DNA of 64,000 bases, taken from positions 117,676,001 through 117,740,000 of the forward strand of contig OZ296651.1 in NCBI GenBank assembly GCA_965655095.1. Direction: 5' to 3'. The position numbers and the translations under genes are program-made. A model generated the notes under the pieces. That model did no database searches, was not told where the DNA came from, and saw nothing but the letters and a program-made list of their open reading frames with translations. Numbering within the stretch: the first letter of the stretch is position 1; each line of letters opens with the position of its first letter. This stretch comes from Haplodiscus bocki (lineage: Eukaryota). Shown here in pieces: positions 49,801-60,782 of this stretch.

Positions 49801-51919
49801 GCAAAGCCCACCACAAGCATTCAGTAATGCTAACAATTCTTCCTGTTACAGATTTGCGTTTATCATCATCCTGACGTTTTTTGGTTACGCTGGATTGGAC
49901 ACCGGCTATTTTTTCATTCACAATAGGTTCCGTTTGCACTTTCACTTCATTCTCACCAGCAGAGGCTAATATCTTTGTGAACGCCCGACCTTCCACACCG
50001 GCAGCATACTTTGCAACGTATCGTGAACACATTTCGTCGTCACAAATTTGGACGTTCGTACTGCTTTCGGTGAAAGCAAACAAAGCTGCATTTGTTGGTG
50101 ACGAGTGTTCATTGTAAGCAGCAGGGTAGTGATGTTTTCCAGCTCTCAGTTCTTCTTCAACTTCGTCTGTTGAAGAGTTAGGGTCAATATAGGACAATTT
50201 CATGCTTCTCAGCAAGTCCCAAGTTTCTTTAGAGTAATTAGGTTGTATTTCCTTGTAAGAGAACCCAACTGATGCAGGATATTTAGGTACCCTACACACT
50301 GGCTTTCCCGACCAATCAGTTTTCTTTTTACATCTATTTTTTCCTTTGCCACAATCGTGCCGTTGGTATCTTTGGAAAAGTTCTCCCAACCGGAACCGTT
50401 CTCTATCCGATAATGCTGGACAACATTTGCTCAAGGCGCCCATGAATGTTTCTTTCGAACAGCAGACTCGGGATTGAACTTCCGGACCAAACTTGTTTTC
50501 CTCGGTACACACTAGTGCATGGATGTGCGGAAAGGCCGAAGTTTCATCTTGCCACTCGTATCTCATCCATAAGTGAGAGATTGGTCCCAAAGGTTGCTCG
50601 GCCGAACACTTCAACCATTGCATTACATACAGTGAGGCGCGATGCCAACATCTAAGCATAGGCATTAATTCACTTTGTATTACAGATAATCTCAGTTCTT
50701 TCGATGTAATATCGGGCGGGTAAAGTTTGTCAATAGCCTGGAAAATTTTCCGCAAGCCGGGGTGAGTAGATTGCCCACATGTGTATGTAACAAAATAAGT
50801 GGGGTTTTTATCTCTAATGAGTGCTGCTACTTCGCACACATTTTTCCGGGATTCTGCACAATCGAACTTGAACGTTTCATCGGAAAAGTACCGATAATTA
50901 GTAGGCGCACTGCCCAATTCTTGCCAGCCTCTGTTCAACACAATCCGAATATCAGTTTTACTCAATTGTAAGTTTAAAAGACAGTCAAAAACGAACTGAA
51001 GATAAGATGCGTGACTGGAGGTTAAAAGCGACCCATCAGTGATGCGAGTTCGCAGCATGTTCTCTAAACCTGCAAACCCTACTTGTTTGTTGTATTTTTC
51101 GGATTGGAACAGGGATATTGGAATTGCTCCTTCAATGCTGCCTTCGTAATTTTGGGACCAGAAAGTAGAAGGAAAAAGCAGTCCTTCCGGTTGAAGCAAA
51201 GGCGTTGATGATGTCGAGGAAGCTGTAATGTTTTCCATGAAACGTTTCTCCTTAACGGTTAGGGTAATGGGATGACCTTTTTTCCTGTACAGTAAGTTGC
51301 ATCGAGAATTCAACAGTATGTGGAGAGGAATATTGTAATTTTCCTCACTGACAGCCTCTTGTACAGCAACAATGGCCCTTTGACCCGAACACACGTTCAA
51401 TTTATTCATCACCAATTCACTTTCGCTGATCGAGTTTGCGTTCATGTTGTTGCACAAAAAAGAAGCTAACGACGAACTTGAGTTTTGACTTGAACAGTTG
51501 ATGGATAAATCTGGTTCAACAACGCTTCTGTCCTGCTCACATAAACTAGCTATGTTGGAATTCAGTTCACACAGTGCACCATTGATTGCAGCTTCAGCGT
51601 TTGGTTTTTCAGGCGCTAATTTTCGTTTTGCTATAGGTCCAACTAAAACTCGTAAGTTCGGATGTTTCATTCCCTCGTCGAAGTGTTTCTTACACACACA
51701 ACTGTTGCACTTTGAGTAGGCACATCTGAGGAATGATGACCTTCCACATCGACAGAAGTAGTTGCTACGTCGGAAGTCCCTTGTTAAAGGAACATCAAGT
51801 TTGTCACAAATGAAAACTCCTTGACCGGTTAAATTACTGAGATAGTGCCACTTTACAGTCGACACTTTCTTAGAGTTAGTTCCTCGGTAGATTAAAAAAC
51901 TCCAGTAGCCTCGTAGCAT
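46814..51919 (-). CDS. Helitron-type RepHel (HUH Rep + PIF1/SF1B helicase) with C-terminal SLX1-like GIY-YIG endonuclease, 1701 aa
   Basis: Rep motifs PTYFVTYTC, RYEWQ...FPHIHALV (HUH) and RYVAKYA (YxxKY). PIF1 motifs GAPGTGKT, FVEEISM, PFAG...GDFFQLPP, RIQFPLKL...TIHKTMGETL and QLYVVMSRV. C-terminus GYCYLIQS...LYIGST...RRIREHN..GASFT...RPW...VTGF...EKRW. Confidence 0.93.
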   Translation of the reverse strand: MLRGYWSFLIYRGTNSKKVSTVKWHYLSNLTGQGVFICDKLDVPLTRDFRRSNYFCRCGRSSFLRCAYSKCNSCVCKKHFDEGMKHPNLRVLVGPIAKRKLAPEKPNAEAAINGALCELNSNIASLCEQDRSVVEPDLSINCSSQNSSSSLASFLCNNMNANSISESELVMNKLNVCSGQRAIVAVQEAVSEENYNIPLHILLNSRCNLLYRKKGHPITLTVKEKRFMENITASSTSSTPLLQPEGLLFPSTFWSQNYEGSIEGAIPISLFQSEKYNKQVGFAGLENMLRTRITDGSLLTSSHASYLQFVFDCLLNLQLSKTDIRIVLNRGWQELGSAPTNYRYFSDETFKFDCAESRKNVCEVAALIRDKNPTYFVTYTCGQSTHPGLRKIFQAIDKLYPPDITSKELRLSVIQSELMPMLRCWHRASLYVMQWLKCSAEQPLGPISHLWMRYEWQDETSAFPHIHALVCTEENKFGPEVQSRVCCSKETFMGALSKCCPALSDRERFRLGELFQRYQRHDCGKGKNRCKKKTDWSGKPVCRVPKYPASVGFSYKEIQPNYSKETWDLLRSMKLSYIDPNSSTDEVEEELRAGKHHYPAAYNEHSSPTNAALFAFTESSTNVQICDDEMCSRYVAKYAAGVEGRAFTKILASAGENEVKVQTEPIVNEKIAGVQSSVTKKRQDDDKRKSVTGRIVSITECLWWALQLPCVCRNVDFIHVPTVPKEFRSGIVIEKYTASTMNISAVFAEAVRIRKNVLKLPKHRQLTKNQELLLADVEVSSITPDKVTIFGLRPPELLFVSSLKSYFSWFVRLKNNISKGKSSHEILLSRASCNDFWVDCLGYVIKIRPSAIFDFLDFCATRSDEPRDEFLKEECRKQIVPKLQGTKSCPRLVAYNLCFSDQKAIVVFTNNLPSSPAKFLLHFVLTFGSFDTELDILSVSSFREVFVAANLVERNNITVAVVLQLARRYLLQQLRFVPGSSKLIDKYLLMANSVLGEALLENNLYFASGVPAVLDRTISADSEENVAVDLTMNKSRLVEFLHTCQMGLPSEESMIDASLTAPVVWKPDFGRHPGQTVKSYCEQSEILKHLVEMVDLYRGGTQNFVRHQIIAGAPGTGKTFIMLRGLSYAICQGLNCMVTSLAAERSAALGGKHLNALIPFPVEKNGTVISLSRLALSSLQKAPDKSRFLQNLDVLFVEEISMISSELWAATDHVFQIICSNYVPFAGKLIIATGDFFQLPPRKGSCLISSSFPLTTFHFSFLQHFVRMQNEAGQKVLSLMSTFPRTPPIGKQIWNLIERNCNFVECWDDVPNDTIRIFATRKAERYATLKKICQVKDSGSQFHESSSTDEMCVSSTDNWIEASGAATKFLNKKCLEPQSLFLFPGAILRLTVNKPNVMAFQGQLCVLVSLDSLADNGTVTVALAPAGCRSIPPLSVIRSTWRCIVLAKEIGVNIRLNHRTICRRIQFPLKLYVASTIHKTMGETLPTVATQIVGAQEFSLWLPEQLYVVMSRVRSLADITFVGSKQSNEGAILSLLCKKSQWSELTSEILQKCSSRDPTIFHGATNPFPSTISIPQENVGYCYLIQSVPQNNLLYIGSTMCLNRRIREHNVGLGASFTQDPSRRPWVLCAYVTGFLASSSTERIRFCEKRWLEAVTKVLNLRKKNISLPNALSTAENLIINWPHKEDVLKLVICCNQPILL

Positions 51920-54911
51920 TTTTTTCTATTAAGGTCTCAGGTGACTCCAACAAAGGTTCAGCAAACTTGTTAGCTTTCAGTGTACGCCAAAAATTGCAGA
52001 AGCGACCACCATGCCGAAGCAAAGTTACAGCATCTGTACCCCGAGAACCACAACCACATCCCACAAGCTCAAATTGGACATCAAACACGATGATATTGAG
52101 AGGTGGGTTGACCTTGTTCCTCAAATTGTTTACATCAGTTGTTGTAGCAATCACGTGTTTCGTATCCATGGTTACGTCGCGCACAATTTTCTCAGTCAAT
52201 TCTATTCTTTGGCTCAAATGCAGATGGCATAAGTCAGCACATAATGCGTGCAACACCACGCCACCCGCCTGAAAAAAGTTTGAAATCATGTTTGGGTTGT
52301 CATTGTTAGTCGCCGCGTTGTTCAATATACTGTCAATGTCAGCTTGAGCTTGTGAAATACGCTGCAACTTGCTTTCTTTTCCAAACCAAGCAAATGTATG
52401 ACGCAACAGTGAAAACAAATTTGTTGCCAAAACGTGGTTAACGCCGGATACCATGGATGAACATAAAATTGGAGAAATGCAGCATGCTGCTTGAAGAAAC
52501 CAGAGTGTATCTCCAGTATCATTGATCAGAGGAGGAGGTGAGCAACCATGTTCATTGTTTGGTTGAGCCAAAGCGTAGCACTGAAGAAATTTCACATTAC
52601 TCAAAAGTTCTTGTTCGTTTTTGTCCATCACTTTCGTCAATCGAATGCAGGTGTCAAGATCTACGCCGACATGCTCCGGCATTTTTTCCTTTTTCGGCTG
52701 ATATTGAGAGAGATCAGTGGCGACATCTTCAATCAATTTACCTTGAACAACCCATTGTCTAATTAAAATTGGGATATCTGACCTGAAAAACATGGCGGTT
52801 CCTTCAGCCTGGAACAAACGATTGCTAGTGATGTTCCAACGCCGTTTACGTCTCAACGAAACAGTACTCATACCACTATAAGACCCAACGCTCCGAAACA
52901 GTTGATAGGTGTGGCTAGCATAATTAGCCTTGAAGCTACTCACACACGACAATGAAGGTGATACAATGGCTAATCGTTCCTCAAACAAAGTTGGAATTCG
53001 TCCCAGCTCCGGATGCCTGGGGGGATGCAAGAACTGTAACTCACATCCCCTGTCATGCGCAGAACAAGTTTGCACAACCAAACCTTCTTTCTCATGTAAC
53101 CGCAATGTGGCAGCCACTAGAAACGTCTTTAAGCACATCAAAGGGCGCAAAAAGTCGAGTCTAGCGCCTCTGAGTTTTTTGAATGCAGACGCTTGGAATG
53201 ATGTGAAAGTTCTGTCTATTAAGTTTACAAAATGCTGCGCTGGTATGTAGCCAGGATCTTCGATAAACGTCGAACAACCGAAAGGGCAACGTATGTTTGG
53301 ATACGGTTCCAAGTCCAAATCTTCAGCCATTTCTTTTTGTCTCATTGTTGTCATTAGTTGCTCGAAACGTTTCAGTCTCTGTGTTCCATCAACAGTACAA
53401 GTGCCAAAAATACGCCGCCGATTCAAAACACGCTGGATGCAGATAGAGAAAAGGGTAATTAGCCCTAGCCAATGTTGCCTTATTTCCAGGGGTAACAGCG
53501 AGCAAATAGCGACTAAACAAGCTTCTGGCTCGGAAGTATCAGAAAGGAGCGTGAAAAAAACAGCTAGCCAAGCCATTTGCCAGTTAACTTTTGGTGCAGT
53601 ACAATAGTTATAACAGAAACAACACACATGTACGTTATCGTTTTTCAGCTTCCTACCAAACTTTCCATTAACCAATCCAGCTTTGCTGTAGGCCTTAATG
53701 TCGAACGGAAAATATACCGTGGCTTGACGCATGCACTTGCAACAAATGTTGGCAGCATCGACAGTATCTGTCACAACCAATTTTGACTCAGTTTTAACGG
53801 TTGATTCTTCAGTCAATTCCGATGATGGAACAAAATTTTCAGTTATTTTCAGTAAAATCTCATCAGTCAACTCGCCTCCAGGCAATCTGTGAAACTGATC
53901 TTGTCGATGTTCCACAGCAGTTGGAGGACGGCCTCTACTTCGCGTTGTAGTATTTTCTCCATCACAAAGAGCTTCTGCCAAACAAAAAGATGTCACAGCT
54001 GTATTAGTTTCTCTATCGTCGATCAAATATGTGGCGACTGGATATTCTGAAGACCGTCTGCGCTTCTGCAACGGCTCAGTTTCATCAAGTGCTGCAAGCG
54101 CTGTCTGGATTACGTGGCAGTGAGTATTCATTGCTGAATTTGCACATTGACTACTCGAACCAGCAACATCTTCTGATAGGAGTCATGAAGTGTGGTATGT
54201 TTCGGTCAAGCCACTAATTACCTCAAAGTGATCTCCAGTTCGCGTTTGTTGAATTAAAACGCCTTGTCTGTCATTTGAGCAGTCGCATTTGTAATTGAAC
54301 CAATTTTTCAAAAGACTGTGGTATACATAAACGTCCAATTTAAAAATTTGACAGAAGGTATATATTTCAACACAAGTGCCAAAAACTCCATTTTCTGCCA
54401 TTCGCGATGTCTGCAGATAGTGGTTGACAGTTGGACTGGTGAGAAGTTTGTTCTGGTTGGGGAACTCAGCGGAATAGATAGAAGTTTGCAAACTGTTTTC
54501 CGGAAAGGTTACCGAGTCCATGTTACTCACAATTTGTTTCCTCAAATCATGACCACTTTCATGAGAGAAACCGATAGCTACGCCCAGTGCAGTGAAAAGA
54601 CAATTACCATCACCCGTTATTTTAAGACTCTGCGAGGGTTGAACAGAAGTGAGGCGAATGTTAGTTTTATTCACAATTATGCCGCTTGTTGGGGAACAGG
54701 ATAGTCCCATCGCTTTCAACGTTGATTCTATGTGCAGGGTATCAACAGACGAGACCAGCAAATTACTATCAGCTATACTGTACAAAATTCCTAATGGTTC
54801 GCTGGTTGAAGAAACATTGTCAGTGGTATTTGGACAGGAGTGATTACGTTCACTGAAGCGTCCACATTTTGCACAGCGACGTCTTTTCAAATCACTGTTG
54901 CCAGATGGCAT
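51876..54911 (-). pseudogene. N-terminal part of polyprotein (Zn-knuckle-like start, OTU protease, Cys-rich region), unit 3
   Basis: Starts MPSG at 54911; CAKC...HSC; OTU motifs GDGNCLF...GDHFEV. One in-frame TCA>TGA at 54183 separates ORFs 54183-54938 and 51876-54131. Separated from the RepHel ORF by one extra A in an A7 run near 51920. Confidence 0.85.
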
Positions 54912-57900
54912 TGCTCTTTCACAACAAACTTCGCTCAAAAGTTTATCAATAACTCATCTTTAATAGTGAATACAATGTAAAGAGTAGGCGCCATTATAGA
55001 ACCAACGTACAAAATGACATCGTTTTGCTCGGCTTTCAAACTGTTCAATTAACGGTAGCATCTAATTAATTCGACAAAAGTAGTATCCAGAAAAATACAT
55101 GCAATGTGGGCCTTGGTTTTGCGCAGTTAACGGAGCAAAACCAAGGCATTCATCAGAGAATGAAAACAAACAGGTACTTACTTGGAGAGGCGGCGATGTA
55201 ATGAATGTTAATTGCGAATCTTGTGTTGTTTAAAAATCGTATTTAAGAAAATAATTTCCGTTCGCCCATACAAGTGGAACGCATCTCGATGTTACGGATT
55301 CCCGTAAATTAGTAGTGTACATGGCGAGTTCTCTCAAGTTTTTTTCCACAATCCTCAGTAAAAGAGACTACAATGCACATCACAATGGTTCTTAGAAACC
55401 AACAATGTTCAGTTGGAAAAACCAACTGAGAACGCATAAGTGTTGAGCGAATTCATACGGATTTCAAAAAGTGTTTGGGAAAACTGTGCACTTTAGCAGG
55501 GCTGCAAGTTAACCTAAAAAGAGTAATCATGAAAAATGAGGAGGCAAGAAATGGAGAGAAAAAAGTTTTCCGAGATCTTACTATTAATTCAGGCAAACTA
55601 AAATTATGCCCTATTCTTTATGACTGAAGTCTGACACGAGGTGAAAATTGACTCCACAGAAAAATATCATCACGTAGAAAACCCGAAATCCTAACAAATT
55701 AGAGAACTATGTTTAAAAGATTCTCACCATCTTGTTTTTCTCTTAGTAAAATCTTGGCTTCCAAAATCATTGCATGATACGGAAGTTATGGAAGCTGAGA
55801 AAACCAGGTGATTCAGTTGAGAAAACAACTGCTTGGAGCAGTGGTTGATCAATAAAAATTCAATCAAAAATATCGACAGCGTTTATGTAAATGCTAAAAA
55901 TGAAACATTCAAGTTGATTATTGTACAAAGCAGATGGGATTTTTGACAGTTGAAACAAGAAACAGCAAGAGGCCCTCTTTTTCCCCCTCGAAAAAACACG
56001 TCAACAATTTTACCTTGTCAAAGTTTCATTTGAACACCTGAATAATGTAAACTTTCAGTATTTGCCGAAATTTATTGAAATTGTCGTCAAACAGAAGTCG
56101 TTTTCTTATAAGTGCGTCACAAAGTTGATCCACAGTCCCATGCGTGGTACTTCCACGCCACAGATAACACACAGTTTGCTATGAATGTTGAGGCAGTACT
56201 TTCCACCAAAAAGTATTTTCCACAAGCAAGGCTTTTCGCTAACATCTGCACAAAACGCGTCCGAATCCAAACAGTGTTGTCGGAAAAGGCAATTTTTTGC
56301 GGTCAAAACTATTGATAATAAGATCTGAATTACGGTCATTCGATCTTGAATTTCGCTCCAAAAATGGTAAAAACGATTGAGTGGTTGATCACATGGAAGA
56401 TGAAACGAAACTCACAGGCAACACAAACATGAAGATTTTTCAATAGCAGCAAAAACACGATGAAATGACGCACACACTGTCAAGTTTGTCAGAAACCTAT
56501 AGGTAATGTAATTCTGCGAACATGCACGTTAACACTCCGTAGCTTTTAGGCGGTAGAAGGGTAAAAAAATAATGAAAACATTTCCTCCGTAGCAAAACCA
56601 TTAGCTTGCTCAACTCTGAGGAGCCCGTTGACACTGTTCGTTCAATGCCAATCATCTTTGGAATCCATCGGTATAAATTTAAAGTTACGAGTATGTTGTA
56701 CACTTTTCAATTTTTCTTACGCCTCTCATGCTCCATCAGCCACATTAGCAATTCATGTAGGATGATAACAGCGGAGTTCCCCTTTGGAATTCGGAAATTG
56801 TGGAAGAATACCCAGTACTCAGTCAACGATTCTTACAAATATTATCCAGCATTCTTCGTTCAGGAAAACGTCAGTTAAATAAATTACCCGAAACAATTAG
56901 CTCAATTTATCGACAGAAGCCACACGATGTTGACCATAGTCAGTTGAGACTTCAGTGAGCCACGATTCACAAGAGGAGAACTTCAAACGATCGAATGACA
57001 TAAGAAAAGTGTCTACTTCAGAGGGTTCAAATGAGGGATGGGAAATTGGCAAAGTCTAGTTGACGCTAAAGAAATTATGATTTCATATCAAAACGCTTTA
57101 TACAAAAACTAACTTCGGCAATAGTTGAGAGGGATAACACTTTGCTATATTTCGCACGTCCGCGGATAATTTTTTTGACAACGAGAAGCATTATTTCACA
57201 GAAAAATCAAAACTTACTTTGAAAAAAGTTGGAAACTCCCATATGTAGGCTTCAGAACCAACCAAATGTATTCTTGCGAAAAACTCAGGTAAAAGAATTC
57301 GTGAAACGCGACATTTTTTGAACGGTCTGTAGAACAATAAAATCTTCAAAATCGGAAACACCCAAAAACGACATCAAGAGTAAATAAGCATCGTTTCAAC
57401 TGTACACATTACCTCCACATATTGTTGAAGTTGCTTACACTAACCACATTTCATGTTGGCAAAAGCTCAAAAAGTAGATAATCGAAGTACTGCTTTCAAG
57501 AGTTCATAAATGAAAGGCACATATTTCATCGACTATCAGTACTGATCTGCCATGAAGTTGGCCTTTATCTTGTCATAATTTATGGTTGAAGATTATTTGA
57601 TGAAGCCAACTGTCTCAATTCAATGATGATTATGACTATTAACTTTTCTCATCTTTTGGTTTTCCAAAAGCATCCAACGTTCTATATATGTATTTGGACG
57701 ACGCATGAATAATATTGTTACATAGTGGATGAAATGTCATGGCGCAGAACTTCCTATTCATAAATTTTCTAGTACAGATCACCTAACTGTACATTTTCAT
57801 GTTTTGAAAACATCAACTGATGTGAAATAGCACACAACACTTATATTGTTCCTCTGAAGCACAAAGGAAGGCAACGAGAACCACGAAGAATTGCTTCAAG

Positions 57901-58400
57901 TACATGATTCATTGCGCAACCAATAGATTTTTTTAAAAAAGTGGATTAACTAAATGGAACAGAACTGTCCTGAAAACGTCCATTGTTATGGAAGCCGGTA
58001 ACGGGTAGGTCTCCGGAGATATATTTCAATTCAGCAGCTGATAAAGTGGAAAATTTGTTACTTTACCGTTCTGAGCTGACTTCCGGAAAAAATCGACCGG
58101 AAAGTACGTTTGCCATACTTCATTGCTGCTGTATGAACTTAAAAAAAACCAGGAAGATTACTATAGGTTTTGAGGAACATCCTCACATTTACGGTGTGAG
58201 ACGACCTCTGTACGTATCAGTTGCATCCGCATTGTGCGAGTTAATCTTCAGTCTGGAGAAAAGTATCGTAAAAAAAGAACAAACAACAGTTTCCAATTAT
58301 ATAAACAAAAAATTAGATTCCGAACCAATCACCAGAATTGATACCGGAAAATAATTGAATGCAAAAAAAACCCGCCCTCTAGTAACTTGCACCGTTGCCT

Positions 58401-59456
58401 CCACTGGGTGGTCACGCTCTTAAGCCCCACAAAACAGTATTGCGAGGCGGGGGAGGGGCCCTGTGCCGAGCTTCATAAATCAAGTTTACACCTAACCGGA
58501 CCCCCCCGAAAAGGAGACGATCTCGAAACCTAACCATACGATTTTGATCAAACTTTGCATGTGGATAGAGTCTGCCGATGTATGAACATTTTTGGCACTT
58601 ACATCATTTTGTTTCTTTTCGTTGGGGAGATATGACGCAATGATCCTGTTTTTTGGCAGGTTTCGATGTTTTTTTCGCAATATCTCCACACTTTAACCAT
58701 AGCATTGGACTTAAATTTTTTGTGTGAAGCACAATTGTTGTGGACTACCTACATGCCAAAAATTTTCGGCCAGGGCCTTTTGCCCTAGGAGATGTGACCT
58801 TTCAAAATTGTCAAAAGTAGGCCAAAATCGACCAATTTGTCATTTCTCCCACGTTGATGTTAAAAAAGTGATGTGAGCTTTCGTCACAACGTGACGGGAC
58901 CTGTGTCAAATGAAAGATAATTTTCCGACAAAAAAACAGTTTTGGTCAAATTGCCGAAAATAATGACGGTTATGACGAAATTCCCGGAAAAAAACCAAAA
59001 ACTCAGAAAAATTTATTTTTGACAGTAGAATTTCTTCCCATGTTAAGTTGCGCAATTTCTTCGCCCAATATATTCCTCCCTTTGGAAAGAGGTCAAGATC
59101 AAGTAGAAGGTTCACGTAGAGGAAATTTCCTGAAGTTCTTTCAAAAAACAAACAAACGGTTGAAATACCTATAAATAAAGGACAAAAATTGAGAAACAAA
59201 ATTAGCATTACCTTCGCCCCGTTTTTCCGTAGATTAGCGCAGCGTTTCGGAGGAAAATTGGGGCATAAAACATTTCGACATAACTTCTTTTATCCACTTT
59301 TGTAAGTTTTTATGACAGAAGTCTCTAAAAATGTAGTTTTTGAATCAAACTGGGGAAAGTACCTAACATGGAACGTTTCATAGGAACAGAGAAAATACAT
59401 GTACTGGCACAAAAAAAGAACCAGTGGCCGCCAACTGGTGAATTTCACCGTTGTCT
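58401..59456. mobile_element. Short non-coding module, type B (1056 bp)
   Basis: Left ~580 bp is the long-unit (B-type) terminus. Right part is a diverged homolog of the type A right half, including the hairpin at 59216-59264. Confidence 0.8.
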
Positions 59457-60782
59457 CCAGTGGGTGGTCACGCTCTTAAGCCCCACAAAACAGTATTGCG
59501 AGGCGGGGGAGTGGCCCTGTGCCGAGCATCAAAAATCAAGTTTACACTTACCCGCACCCACCCGCAGAACACACGATCTCGAAACCTAACCATACGATTT
59601 TGATCAAACTATGCATGTGGATAGAGTCCGCCGATGTATGAAGTTTTTTGGCACTTACATCATTTGTTTTCTTTTGGTTGGGGAGATATGACGCAATCAT
59701 CCTGTTTTTTGGCAGGTTTCGATGTTTTTTTCGCAATATCTCCACACTTTAACCATAGCATCGGACCCAATTTTTTTGTGTGAAGCACAATTGTTGTGAA
59801 CTACCTACATGCCAAAAATTTTTGGCCTGGGCCTTTTACCCTAGGAGATATGACCTTTCAAATTTGTCAAAAATAGGCCAAAATCGATCATTTTGTCACT
59901 TCTCCCAATTTGATGTTAAAAAAGTGATGTAAGCTTTCGTCACAACGTGACGGGACCTGTGTCAAATGAAAGATAATTTTTCGACAAAAAAACAGTTTTG
60001 GTCAAATTGCCGAAAATAATGACGGTTATGACGATTTTTCGTGGAAGAAGAAAAACCAGGTAAAAAGTCAGTTTCTCTACTTCATCTGAAATCCGTCAAC
60101 ATTCTGAAGGCGGGAATCACGCATGGCTGAAAGTTTGTACTGAACTACTGGGCTGGGAAAATGTCGGTGACGCAAAATTTTTACTTGGGCCAATTCATAA
60201 AAACTCGTTGCAGTTTTTTCTTTCAATTCCGAATTATTTGTAACAGAAATTTTCAAAATTATGTTAAAATTATACAAAACTGTAGCAAATTTTCTGTCTC
60301 AGTGGACATTGAATTAGATTTGAGGTGATTAGTTATAAAGAGCTGCACACAAACTTTTCCTGAATGACCCATTTAATTTTTAATGAACATTATACGTATC
60401 AACTACAGAAAACAACTTAAACTGTGCTAAATAAAGTTGACCAGTAATACAAACTGAAATCTCAGTATCTTGAATGGTAGCAACCCTTGTAAATTCAATT
60501 GGATGCACATAAAACAAATCCACTTCATGACAACTCTCATTTTCTTTAACGACAATTGATCTATTAGTTTTGGGCAAACACCTTACGGTCGAATGCCTTG
60601 TGACAGTCGATGTTGCATGCAAACAACTTTCGGTAGCTTGCTGAATGATTCATTGCACCTTGTTTTAAATGTCTCTAATACATGTGTTGAACCGGTAATC
60701 AAGTATTTGTAACTGTAGTAAAAATTATCACAACAGTGATTGACATAAGATTTGTTTGAGTTTTGTTGGTTCAATTAAGTGT

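Larger units (their letters stand above)
41463..58400 (-). mobile_element. Helitron-like long module, unit 3 (16.9 kb), most intact copy
   Basis: Near-identical to unit 1 at an offset of ~34.6 kb. Carries the uninterrupted 1701-aa Rep-helicase-nuclease ORF. Confidence 0.92.

Noticed and set aside
46814-54911. Prokaryotic, phage or giant-virus origin of the helicase-nuclease cluster
   Set aside because: The spliceosomal intron, Helitron-type Rep+PIF1 fusion, low coding density and lack of capsid or polymerase genes fit a eukaryotic transposon.
60380-60622. 80-aa minus-strand ORF downstream of the 337-aa gene
   Set aside because: It has a TTG start and is frameshifted by a 7-bp indel in the other copies, so support is insufficient.
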